Origin: Antedon mediterranea
Lineage: Eukaryota > Animalia > Echinodermata
NCBI RefSeq assembly: GCF_964355755.1
Contig: NC_092680.1
Span: 806,001 to 870,000, forward strand
Length of the DNA stretch: 64,000 bases
Direction: 5' to 3'
Below, in pieces: positions 25,377 to 37,600 of the stretch. Both the position numbers and the translations under genes were made by a program. The notes beneath the pieces are model-generated. The model searched no databases. It was not told where the DNA came from and saw nothing but the letters and a program-made list of their open reading frames with translations. Positions within the stretch are counted from its first letter, which is position 1; every line of letters begins with the position of its first letter.

Positions 25377-25480
25377 AGCTTGGTTCCCACTAGCACGCAA
25401 CGTAAAGACGCGAATAATCCATCGCGTTGTGATTGGTCAAATTCCTTACGTTCTTTACGTCCTAGAATGGGAACCAAGCT
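25377..25480. mobile_element. Harbinger-type MITE family B (related copies near 13375-13523, 28195-28320, 31425-31530, 52581-52722)
   Basis: TIR AGCTTGGTTCCCA...TGGGAACCAAGCT, TSD TAA/TAA, internal GTGATTGGTCAA shared by the other copies. Confidence 0.75.
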
Positions 25481-26766
25481 TAAGCAGCGCAAGGATGTCA
25501 GCGCAAGGACGTAAGTGCAAGTGAATCCCGACTCTGGGATTTGCAAATTTAAAAAGTAGCGTGTTTGTGTAAACTAGGGCGGTGACTTTTTATGTTCCCA
25601 GAGTGAAAACATATGGTGTAATAGTACACAGCTGTGACGCCCATCAACATAGGTGTTTAAATTGTTAGGGCATATTAAACATAGAAAGTGTGAATCGAAT
25701 GTTGAACAATAATGTCGTGCAGAAGCTTCCATTATTCTCGGGGAAGATAAACAATATGTTAATATATTTTATTAAGAGATAAAGTTGCTAATTTTGTTTT
25801 TCCGATATTTTAAGTTTATTTCAGTGATGTGTTTTTAATTTGCAATGTGTTGACGGTTTAAAAGACGCGATATCCATAGCAACCAGCGTCAATGAACGTG
25901 AATAGTTTCATTTGCAGTGTATGAAATAATGAATAATAATAATAATAATGAATAAACTTGTTTATATAGTAAATGTATTTGTCTATCCTTTAATCACAAT
26001 CAATATAAGCAGTGGCAAGATTCGAGGCCCCTGGTATAGGAACCCTTAAGTGGCCCTCCAACGCTGGAGGCCTCGGGCGTTTTTAACTTTTTTGACATAT
26101 TTTAAAGCATGTTGTTTCCCTGGGCACTGCTCATGACCCCCATAAGCTCCTGTGCCCCTGGGTTTAGCCAGTGAACGCTCCTAGCCGCTACGCCACTCAA
26201 TATAAGCCAATACGCACATATTTAGTGTCTATGTATAATATGCTACATTCGGCAGGATTGAATTTAGTACGGGACTTCGACTTTTGAAATCGGAGAACAA
26301 GGGTCCTGATTAGTTATATCATGGAGCTATCTATGTTCTGTTCTGATTAATAAATTGTGTTTCACCTCCCAAAGATGAGCAACCGCAACCCTCCCCCCCC
26401 CCCACCCCACACCCTCTATGCCACTTGCTATACCTTATTAAAACGAAACTTAAACTACAGAAAATACGGTAACTTATTTCTCTCATTCAATCAATTTTGA
26501 TTATAATGTTATACTTAATTCTGTCTATAAATAGGTTTATACAAATCGGATTGATGGCTAACAAAAAAAGCAAAATACATTATGTATGTACATTATTTAT
26601 TTATTCAATCAGTAATAATATATACACATTTGATTATAACATTAAGTATGGCTGATTTGGAATTAACAACAATTTCATTTTTATGATGATTCATTGCAAA
26701 ATGAGTCCAATATTTATATATATAAATAAGTCTTGGCACAAATAAGTTTACATGTTTACTGTCTTA

Positions 26767-26876
26767 AGCTCTGTCTACACTATCAAACTAGTGTGATGTA
26801 CTTAGATATGGTAGTGATATGACATCATGTCCATATATGGGCATAACACCTAAAGTTTGATAGTGTAGACAGAGCT
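26767..26876. mobile_element. MITE family A
   Basis: Both TIRs; inverted flanks. Confidence 0.85.
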
Positions 26877-27045
26877 TAAGACAATAATCAAGTAAAATAT
26901 AATTGACCTGCTTTTAAGCATACTAATAAAAAGTAAAATATAAATCAACAATTCGAAGTGTGTCCAATATTATAAGGCATAGCATAAATGAAAAGATGGC
27001 ATAGTTTAAAAATAAATTGTACAAAATGTGAAATGTCCGCATCAT

Positions 27046-27385
27046 GGAATAGTTCCATTGAATAGTGCCATTGAATAGTTCCATTGAATAGTTCCATTGA
27101 ATAGTTCCATTGAATAGTTCCATTGAATAGTTCCATTGAATAGTTCCATTGAATAGTTCCATTGAATAGTTCCATTGAATAGTTCCATTGAATAGTTCCA
27201 TTGAATAGTTCCATTGAATAGTTCCATTGAATAGTTCCATTGAATAGTTCCATTGAATAGTTCCATTGAATAGTTCCATTGAATAGTTCCATTGAATAGT
27301 TCCATTGAATAGTTCCATTGAATAGTTCCATTGAATAGTTCCATTGAATAGTTCCATTGAATAGTTCCATTGAATAGTTCCATTC
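27046..27385. repeat. 13-bp minisatellite, about 26 copies
   Basis: (GAATAGTTCCATT)n, nearly perfect. Confidence 0.97.
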
Positions 27386-28662
27386 ATGTTATTGTTTATT
27401 ACTGCATTTAAAATTAAAGCTTCTTTTAATCAAAATTTTTAAAAAACATCAGAAACTTGCATAAATAAATTAATGTTATATCTGCCTCAATAAACACAAA
27501 TGCATTTCAGTTAAATTCTCATAAAATAATGTTATATCTCTGCTTCGATAAGCACACTCGTACATAAATTGTCCTAACTCAATTTAAATAAGTTCAAACT
27601 ATGTTGTGACTTAATCAACAAACGCCACATAAATAGTCAATCAATCAATATATTCGATGTCTAAAAAATCATATATACACTATAAGATATTTAAAATAAT
27701 ATATGCATTAACAATTAAATATTTAAAATAAATTTCATTTCTGTACAACATACTAGATTTACTCATTTCCATAAAATAAAAATTTCCAATAAATTTATAT
27801 AAATGTGAAAAAAAACAACTTTAAGTAGAATCAAATTCAAGAGAGTAATAATTACAGTATATATACATGTCTTCACCAGCCTAGATTTATCTGATTTATA
27901 CTGTATTGACACATATTGCATTTTATGTCCAGTATCATAGGCAAATGCTGTAATACAGTGTCATATATTATCACATGTGGTGCCTGAATGTTATGGTTAG
28001 ACATTTGCCTATTGTATGATACAGGTGTCACATGTGAAAAACATGTTGTTCTGTATCACAGAAATTGCCAATGATACTGTACAAATTATAGATACAGTAC
28101 AGAGAATCAACTACTGGATTTCCCTGTTTTTTTTCAAAATCTGACTTATTAGAAATATTACAGTGTTTCATAAGCTCTGATCAAGTCCAGCTTAAGCTTT
28201 GTTCCTACTTGGACACAAAGATAACGATGTAGGTGTAACAATGAGTTCACCATCCGCACTGTGATTGGTCAATTTACTTATGGTGAACATACATCATTGT
28301 GTTACATCAGTCCTTGCTACAATATGTACTCAATAGGATTGACTGTCTATGTATAATTTCTTCTATTTCTAATTTTTTTTTTCATTTTTTTTAAAATTCA
28401 TGTTTGTTGGCTTAAGATTGTTCACTCACGACTCTTAATTGTTGATTACACTTTTTGTGAATAAATAAAGATTTACTACTTCAACTCACAAGGAATGGAT
28501 TATCCAATGCTTAACATTAATTGTGTTGTGTCCCACTTTTGAAACAAATCTTATTTAGATTGCCCTGTTTAAACAGCCAATGGCATAGCTACACGCTAAA
28601 TTGTGCTGTTTAAACAGCCAATGACATACCTTTAAATTGTGACACGCTGAAAGAAATTGAGT

Positions 28663-31600
28663 TTAAACTTGAAGGAGCTCATCATCATCACTATCATCAG
28701 TATCATCCGAGTCAACCTCACCCTCAATGGATGACCTCCTGCTCTTAAAGATAGACACCACTAAACCAATAAGAACCATCTGCCAATAGTAATGGGAGAA
28801 TAAAAAGAGTATTAATGATATCATAAAGATGTTGATAATGATATGTTGGTATTCTTATGTTCATATACTGACTACCAGGGGCAGATTCTGGACTTGAGCT
28901 GGGTTCATGACTTTAAAATTGTGAAAAAAAGTGCTGAAATCAACCTAATTTATTGATTTTTTTTAATAAGGGAGGGTATGCCACTAAGTAAGTACTAAGT
29001 ACTAGGCACCATACCTGTGAACACCAATATCCAGCTACACTGTTTGTCTACAGTGTTCTTTTTTTACATAAAGTTAGAGAGAGGTGCTTTTATTTGTATG
29101 CAGTGATGAAGTACAAACCAAACCAAATGTATTTGATATCTGTATTTAGTCACTACTGGTGGTTAAAATACTTACAGCTAGAAAAGCCCAGTTAGCCCAG
29201 TAATAGAAGACGCCAAAGAACCACAATTTAAAAACAAAGGTGGTTAGAAGAGAAGCTGCTATGCTCATTATGCACTCTGAAAATATAAAGCAAATCAATT
29301 CCCAACATGTTTATTTTCTAGTCTCACAATAACATTGAAAACAAATTTTTAATATTGTATAATGCTTATTTCCAGCAACAATTTATATAACATAACATAA
29401 TACTAATACAGTAAAGTATATATATTCTTTTTTTGAAGGAAAAGGAAGAAACAAGAAGTAACAACTTATTTCTCTACTAGACTCAAATCTTGTGCTAAAT
29501 ACATGAACATAGTTAGTTTAGTGAATCTGGTATTACATTCTTGTAATTAAATCCATGTGGGCAGTGGGGAATAAAGCTTTGTCTACACTATAAAAAAAAA
29601 AGTGCCCAAATATAGTAGTGATATGACATCATCATGTCCATATATGGGCACACCACACTTTGTTGTCACATAAAGTTTGGTAGTGTAGACAGAGCTTAAT
29701 TAAAAACTGTGTAGAATAAGACAACATACCTTCTGGTTCATTTGTAGTACACTGTTCCGTACTGTTATTTTCAGTCTGTTGGTTAAAAAAAATAATTGTA
29801 AGTACACTTCTAAAAAACTATAATACTTTTATTTCATCTCTCTGCTAATCAATCCACCAATGAAACAACCCATTATTAGTGCTAAATACAAATTGTTCAT
29901 AATACTGAACATTTAAAAATAATTAAATAATTAAAATTTTAATCAATATATCTATCTTTTTATGGTATACGATCTTTACTTACGACATATTTTTGATTTC
30001 CATACGTCATATACTCTGGAGCTAGTGTATACATCATGGTGTTAATGGCCAGAACTGTGAATATTAGAATCATACAGAGGAAGAGCAATGCTTGCGGCTT
30101 GGTACGGGTTGCACGTAACTTGTACATCTAAAGTTCAAAGTTCAAGTTCAAAGTCCAAGTTCAACAATGGCATATATATATACAGTATAATATATATTGT
30201 GTACATTATTTAAATGAAAACATGGTAATAAGCCATCATTTGGGGTCTTCTCTAGAAGAAATCAAGTTTCTTGTCTCGAGAAAGACCCCAGAAATAATAC
30301 ACATACATTTAAACTAATACAATTTACTACTTAAAATAATAAATAAAAACAAAAACGATGAAATAAAAATAGATACTTTCAGTGTACTACAATCATAATA
30401 ATATTAAAATTAGCATAAAGAAATAAGATATTTTTAAAAATTTTTACGAAAAGTATAAACAGATTTAAAATGCTTTAGTTTGTCATCAAGATCATAAAAT
30501 AACAATACACAGTCAATAAATGATTATGTATGTATATTGAGCATTATATGTAATGTGTATGGAGTTACTAAATAACGTTTTTAATTTTAGGTGAATATAT
30601 CCACTTGAATGAAACATTCATAGAGATATAACTCTCTTCCACATACATAATGTATTAAAAATTGACGATATTCATAATTACCAAATTGGCATTTTTATGT
30701 TCCAAATATTGAATAATCCTGATTTACGATTTTTAAACCTTAAAAATTTTACTGATGGTAATGGTCATAAGTACAATACTAGAGGAAAATGTAAACTTCG
30801 ACCTCCTCTTCGAAGACTAGTTTCTACAAGTCATAGTATTGCTGTTTCGGGTCCTCATGTCTGGAACAACTTAGATATGACTTTTAAAAATGCAAAATCC
30901 ATCAATGTTTTTAAAAAATTGTATAAGTTGAATCTAATTAATAAGTACAAATCTTAATTTCTGCCGATGTCATTGTTTTTTTTATTTTTATATGTTAATA
31001 TATTGTATATATCTTTTTATAGTTTTAGCTGTTAGTTTTTTTAGGTCTTCAACCTTGTACAAGCTTTTAGCTTTTGTTGTTGATCCTTTTCATCTTTTAT
31101 GCATTTTATCTTTGACATGTTTTATGATTTTTATGTTTTTTTGATGAATAAAATGAATGAAATGAAATGAAAACAGAAAACCAGACATATTAGGCCAGCC
31201 CAAAGGTGTCTGGTATTGGGAGAGTTGACTGTAAATAATATAATTGGACTTACCTTAACACAACAGAACCAAATACCAATTCTTTCAATTCCAGTAATAG
31301 TGGTAAGAAATAGGAAGATGATAATAGAAGCAAATATGATGTAGTCAAGTGGAAAAATCTGAAAATCAATGAGAAATTACAATCAAGAAATAAAATACAA
31401 CTTTGAAACTCAACTATTATTTATGCTTTGTTCCCCATTGAACAGGACGCAGTGATAGGCGCAACAGGAGTGAGTTGACCAATCACAAACGGCAGTTTGG
31501 ATGTTCCATCGCATCATGATTTGTCAAATTACAGTGGGTTTACATCCATCAGGAACCTCAATGTTTTTTAAATTGACTGATCACAATAAAAATATTGAAC

Positions 31601-34600
31601 CTCAAATGAGAATGTTTAAGTGTGGTTCATGCACAACAATATTATGGATGCTGATAAAAAGATAAAATATCGTACCTGTTGACTTAGGAGCAAGACCATA
31701 TCAATAGGGTTAGGGTAGTGTCTCTCTGGTAGGATGTACCCTGTTTTAACACCAAGGGAGTGCATAGCACGGTCCAAGCTGTAAATGAAAACAATTAAAG
31801 GATTGTTAATTGTGGAAAAAAAAATAATTTACCTGAAAAAATGTAATATAAAGCAAAAAAAACTTAAATTGTCTGTCAGATAATGGTTTTTGGTTAAAAT
31901 TAAACGTTTCTTTTGTCTTTTTAAAAGTGAAATATTAATATTTTCTTTTTACAGAAGTGAATAACTTTATAAAAACTGCAAAATGGCCTATTTAAAGTCT
32001 GATTTTATTAATCTTCATTTTTCATGTTTTTTGGGGACAATACATATTTAAACTTGTCAATAGAGAAATGTTAATATATGCATGTCAACAAACCTTGTAA
32101 TAAACAGAGATACAAAGATGAGTAACGCGGCCAAACAACATAAAACACCAAATGTAATCTCAAAAGGTCGCCAGAGAAATGTGCATTTACTACAGCATCT
32201 TGCCTGCAGGGCCTCAAGGTGGCGCTCTTTACGTTTTAGTAGTTCTTCTTGGTCGTTGAGATTGTCTATCTTGCCTCGATCACGTGAGCTTATTCGCCGA
32301 TTTGTATCCTTGTACTATCAACAACAATAAACGTATTAATACTTAAGGGTACAATTTGTATTTATACAATGTGTATCAGAGGTTGACAACTCTATTGCAG
32401 TTAAATAACACATTGGACACACCAAGAATTCTGCAGTTAAATAACACATTGGACACACCAAGAATTCTGCAGTTAAATAACATATTGACACAACAAGAAC
32501 TCTGCAGTTAAATAACACATTGACACACCAGGAATTTTGTAGTTAAATAACACATTAGACACATCAAGAATTCTGCAGTTAAATAACACATTGGAGACAT
32601 CAAGAATTCTGCAGTTAAATAACACATTGGACACACCAAGAATTCTGCAGTTAAATAACACATTGGACACACCAAGAATTCTGCAGTTAAATAACATATT
32701 GACACAACAAGAATTCTGCAGTTAAATAACACATTGACACACCAGGAATTTTGTAGTTAAATAACACATTGGACACATCAAGAATTCTGCAGTTAAATAA
32801 CACATTGGACACATCAAGAATTCTGCAGTTAAATAACACATTGGACACACCAAGAATTCTGCAGTTAAATAACTAACACATTGGACACACCAAGAATTCT
32901 GCAGTTAAATAACACATTGGACACAACAAGAATTCTGCAGTTAAATAACACATTGGACACACCAAGAATTCTGCAGTTAAATAACACATTGACACAACAA
33001 GAATTCTGCAGTTAAATAACACATTGACACACCAGGAATTTTGTAGTTAAATAACACATTGGACACACCAAGAATTCTGCAGTTAAATAACACATTGACA
33101 CAACAAGAATTCTGCAGTTAAATAACACATTGGACACACCAGGAATTTTGTAGTTAAATTACACATTGGACACACCAAGAATTCTGCAGTTAAATAACAC
33201 ATTGACACACCAGGAATTTTGTAGTTAAATAACACATTGGACACACCAAGAATTCTGCAGTTAAATAACACATTGACACACCAGGAATTTTGTAGTTAAA
33301 TAACACATTGGACACAACAAGAATTCTGCAGTTAAATAACACATTAACACACCAGGAATTTTGTAGTTAAATAACACATTGGACACACCAAGAATTTTGT
33401 AGTTAAATTACACGATTTTCATGAAAATATACACAAACAAATATCATAGTAATTATTTGGAAAAAAATACAGTAGAAACCTGTATAACGAAGACAGCCTA
33501 CAAATCCTTAAACAGAGGTTTGCTGCAATGTTAAAACATATAATGCCCTTTGTTTGTTTCACAGGTAAGTATCTCCTTAAACAGGGGTTTGCTGCAATGT
33601 TAAAACATATAATGCCCTTTGTTTGTTTCACAGGTAAGTATCTCCTTAAACAGGGGTTTGCTGCAATGTTAAAACATATAATGCCCTTTGTTTGTTTCAC
33701 AGGTAAGTATCTCCTTAAACAGAGGTTTGCTGCAATGTTAAAACATATAATGCCCTTTGTTTGTTTCACAGGTAAGTATCTCCTTAAACAGAGGTTTGCT
33801 GCAATGTTAAAACATATAATGCCCTTTGTTTGTTTCACAGGTAAGTATCTCCTTAAACAGGGGTTTGCTGCAATGTTAAAACATATAATGCCCTTTGTTT
33901 GTTTCACAGGTATCTCCTTAAACAGGGGTTTGCTGCAATGTTAAAACATATAATGCATTTTGTTCGTTTCACAGGTAAGTATCTCCTTAATAAAAGGGTG
34001 TCCTCTTAATAGAAGGGTGTCTCCTTAATAAATGGGCCCGTGTCCCAAAACAGGTGTTGTATTGTAGTACCTTTCTCCTGATAGTTTTACGCCTTTGTCG
34101 ACTGTCGTTTGCCTCATTCCTAACGCTGTCCAACTCAGTTGACACACTCTTTCTTCCTTTGATCATGTCAGCAGGAAGAGTCACTAATCCAAACCCCTAT
34201 GAAAATAAAACGGTCATAAAAATACTCTTTTTTTGAAGATTTTTCTAATTTGTTTGTTTATCGAATTGTTCAGTTTATTTCATACAATATTATGCAAGTT
34301 AATTATAAATTAGTTGCTGAACAGCACAAAATAACAACACTTACTGTGTAGAACACAAGACAGACAAATCCAATGACTGTTAAAAATCCAATAGTAAAGT
34401 AAAGAGCTGTTTCACCCTCTAAAAATAGCAAATAAGATAACAAAATAAAACAATATAGGCTCATCATGAGAAGGAAAAACGAACAATATCATTCCTTATT
34501 ATCATTTTTTTTTTATTTTAGGGTACCCATATGCAAATAAAATGATTGTATGAAATATTACTTACTAGTGTTACGTAACTCATTGGCGAGAAATGCCAGA

Positions 34601-37600
34601 TCATTAGCTATTGTTGCATTGTTTGTGACTGGTGGTTTTTTGAGAGGAACAAAAGCTCTGTATAAAGATAAGATATATTTATTTATTTCACCTTATTTAT
34701 AGAGGGTAACCCTAAACAGCGTATGCTGACAATCAAGGAGCCTCTTGATGAGTTATCTGTTTGTGATACTGGCTGTGTGTATATTAATATTAAGATGTAG
34801 TATATTGAGGTGCCATTATGCAAGATGATCACTATCCAAACAATTATTGAGAAGTATGTTTGGATCGCCAAGGCCCATATATCATACAATTTGTTATTAG
34901 TTTCTTATGCTATTTCAGATTCAAGGTTCTTTGAGATTATAGAAGGCGTCTCACATAATACACCATATAAATTTTTTACCCAATCATTAATAGTACAACA
35001 GCAGCAAATAAAAAGCAGGCCGAGTACTTCATAGCGCCACACATTCTCTGAATAAATAGAAGAAGAAATGAATCCTAAAAGTTATTACAAGAATTTACGT
35101 AGGAAACTTCTTGACAAAAACATGTAAAGCTTTGTCTACACTATCAAACTTTATATGACAAAAAAGTGTGATGTACCCAAATATGGTAGTGATATGCCCA
35201 AATATGGCAATGATATGACATCATCATATCTATATATGGGCACATAACATTTTACATCACTGTTAACAAAATATGAGCCATTTTACTCACACTTTTAATA
35301 TTCGTGTTTTCATCTTCTTCTTCATAGTAGAAATAAACAAATGGAATGATGAGGAACACAAACAGTGTAAGGCAGCCATACATAGCTAAAGAGACATAAA
35401 TCATTTAATCACTTAGAACTAAGAAGAACTTATTTAACGCCCATTTCTTGTTTTGTTTTTCTACTTGTTTATTTCAGTCATCATCATATTCATTGTTTTA
35501 TCTGCAGGTTCAAAGCCATGATGGTAATAAATTTGATAAATGTATGTAGTGTAATAATTATGTTGTGTGAAATAAAACTGAAATAAAATAAGATAAATCA
35601 TAGGTCATACTTTCACAGCATAATGATCCTCATGAACCGACCAATGTGTTCTCATTATAGGGGTGTTCCCTGAATAAAGGTGTTCTCTGAATAAAGGTGT
35701 TCCCTGAATAAAGGTGTTCTCTGAATAAAGGTGTTCTCTGAATAAGGGGTGTTCCCTGAATAAGGGTGTTTGTGAATAAAGGTGTTCTCTGAATAAAGGT
35801 GTTCTCTGAATAAGGGGTGTTCCCTGAATAAATGTGTTTGTGAATAAAGGTGTTCTCTGAATAAAGGTGTTCTCTGAATAAGGGGTGTTCCCTGAATAAA
35901 TGTGTTTGTGAATAAAGGTGTTCTCTGAATAAGGGGTGTTCCCTGAATAAATGTGTTTGTGAATAAAGGTGTTCTCTGAATAAAAGTGTTCTCTGAATAA
36001 GGGTGTTCCCTGAATAAATGTGTTTGTGAATAAAGGATGTCCCTGAATAAAGGTGTTTGTGAATAAGGGGTGTCCCTGAATAAAGGTGTTCGCTGAATAA
36101 GGGGTGTCCCTGAATAAATGTGTTTGTGAATAAAGGATGTCCCTGAATAAAGGTGTTTGTGAATAAGGGGTGTCCCTGAATAAAGGTGTTTGCTGAATAA
36201 GGGGTATCCCTGAATAAAGGTGTTCTCTGAATAAGGGGTGTTCCCTGAATAAGGGTGTTCTCTGAATAAGGGGTGTCCCTGAATAAAGGTGTTCTCTGAA
36301 TAAGGTGTTCTCTGAATAAGGGATGTTCCCTGAATAAAGGTGTTCGCTGAATAAGGGGTGTTCCCTGAATAAAGGTGTTCTCTGAATAAGGGGTGTCCCT
36401 GAATAGGGGGTGTCCCTGAATAAAGGTGTTCTCTGAATAAGGGGTGTCCCTGAATAAGGGGTGTCCCTGAATAAAGGTGTTCGCTGAATAAGGGGTGTTC
36501 CCTGAATAAAGGTGTTTGTGAATAAGGGGTGTTCCCTGAATAAAGGTGTTCGCTGAATAAGGGGTGTCCCTGAATAAAGGTGTTTGCTGAATAAGGGGTG
36601 TTCCCTGAATAAAGGTGTTTGTGAATAAGGGGTGTTCCCTGAATAAAGGTGTTCGCTGAATAAGGGGTGTCCCTGAATAAAGGTGTTTGCTGAATAAGGG
36701 GTGTCCCTGAATAAGGGGTGTTCCCTGAATAAAGGGTGTTCCCTGAATAAAGGTGTTCGCTGAATAAGGGGTGTCCTCTGAATAAAGGTGTTTGTGAATA
36801 AGGGGTGTCCCCTGAATAAAGGTGTTCGCTGAATAAGGGGTGTCCCCTGAATAAAGGTTTTCGCTGAATAAGGGGTGTCCCCTGAATAGAGGTGTCCCTG
36901 AATAAGGGGTGTCCCCTGAATAGAGGTTTCCCTGAATAAGGGGTGTCCCCTGAATAGAGGTTTCCTGAATAAGGGGTGTCCCCTGAATAGAGGTTTCCCT
37001 GAATAAGGGGTGTCCCCTGAAGAGAGGTGTCCCTGAATAAGGGGTGTCCCCTGAATAGAGGTTTCCCTGAATAAGGGGTGTCCCCTGAATAGAGGTTTCC
37101 CTGAATAGAGGTTTCCTGAATAAGGGGTGTCCCCTGAATAGAGGTTTCCCTGAATAGAGGTTTCCCTGAATAAGGGGTGTCAACTGAATAGAGGTTTCCC
37201 TGAATAGAGGTTTCCTGAATAAGGGGTGTCCCTGAATAGAGGTTTCCCTGAATAGAGGTTTCCCTGAATAAGGGGTGTCCCCTTAATAGAGGTTTCCCTG
37301 AATAAGGGGTGTCTCCTGAATAGAGATTTCCCTGAATAAGGGGTGTCTCCTGAATAGAGATTTCCCTGAATAAGGGGTGTCTCCTGAATAGAGATTTCCC
37401 TGAATAGGGCTTCGCTATATGTTAAACATACTGTATTGATTCTTTCATTCCACAGGAAAGTGCTCCTGAATAGGGTCATCCTAAAGTGATCTTGTAAATA
37501 ATATATTTTATATACAATTACCATAGTAACAGTAAAGAACAGTCTCTTGTACTTGATGTCTTGTTACATTAGATTCAGCCCAATCCTAAAATGAATACAG

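Noticed and set aside
26923-27387. Three overlapping MELFNGTIQWNYS ORFs
   Set aside because: A 13-bp minisatellite that lacks stops on one strand.
32336-33944. Short repeat ORFs on both strands
   Set aside because: Minisatellites inside LMBRD1 intron 9.
35630-37524. 517-aa and 114-aa ORFs
   Set aside because: Translation of an intronic satellite.
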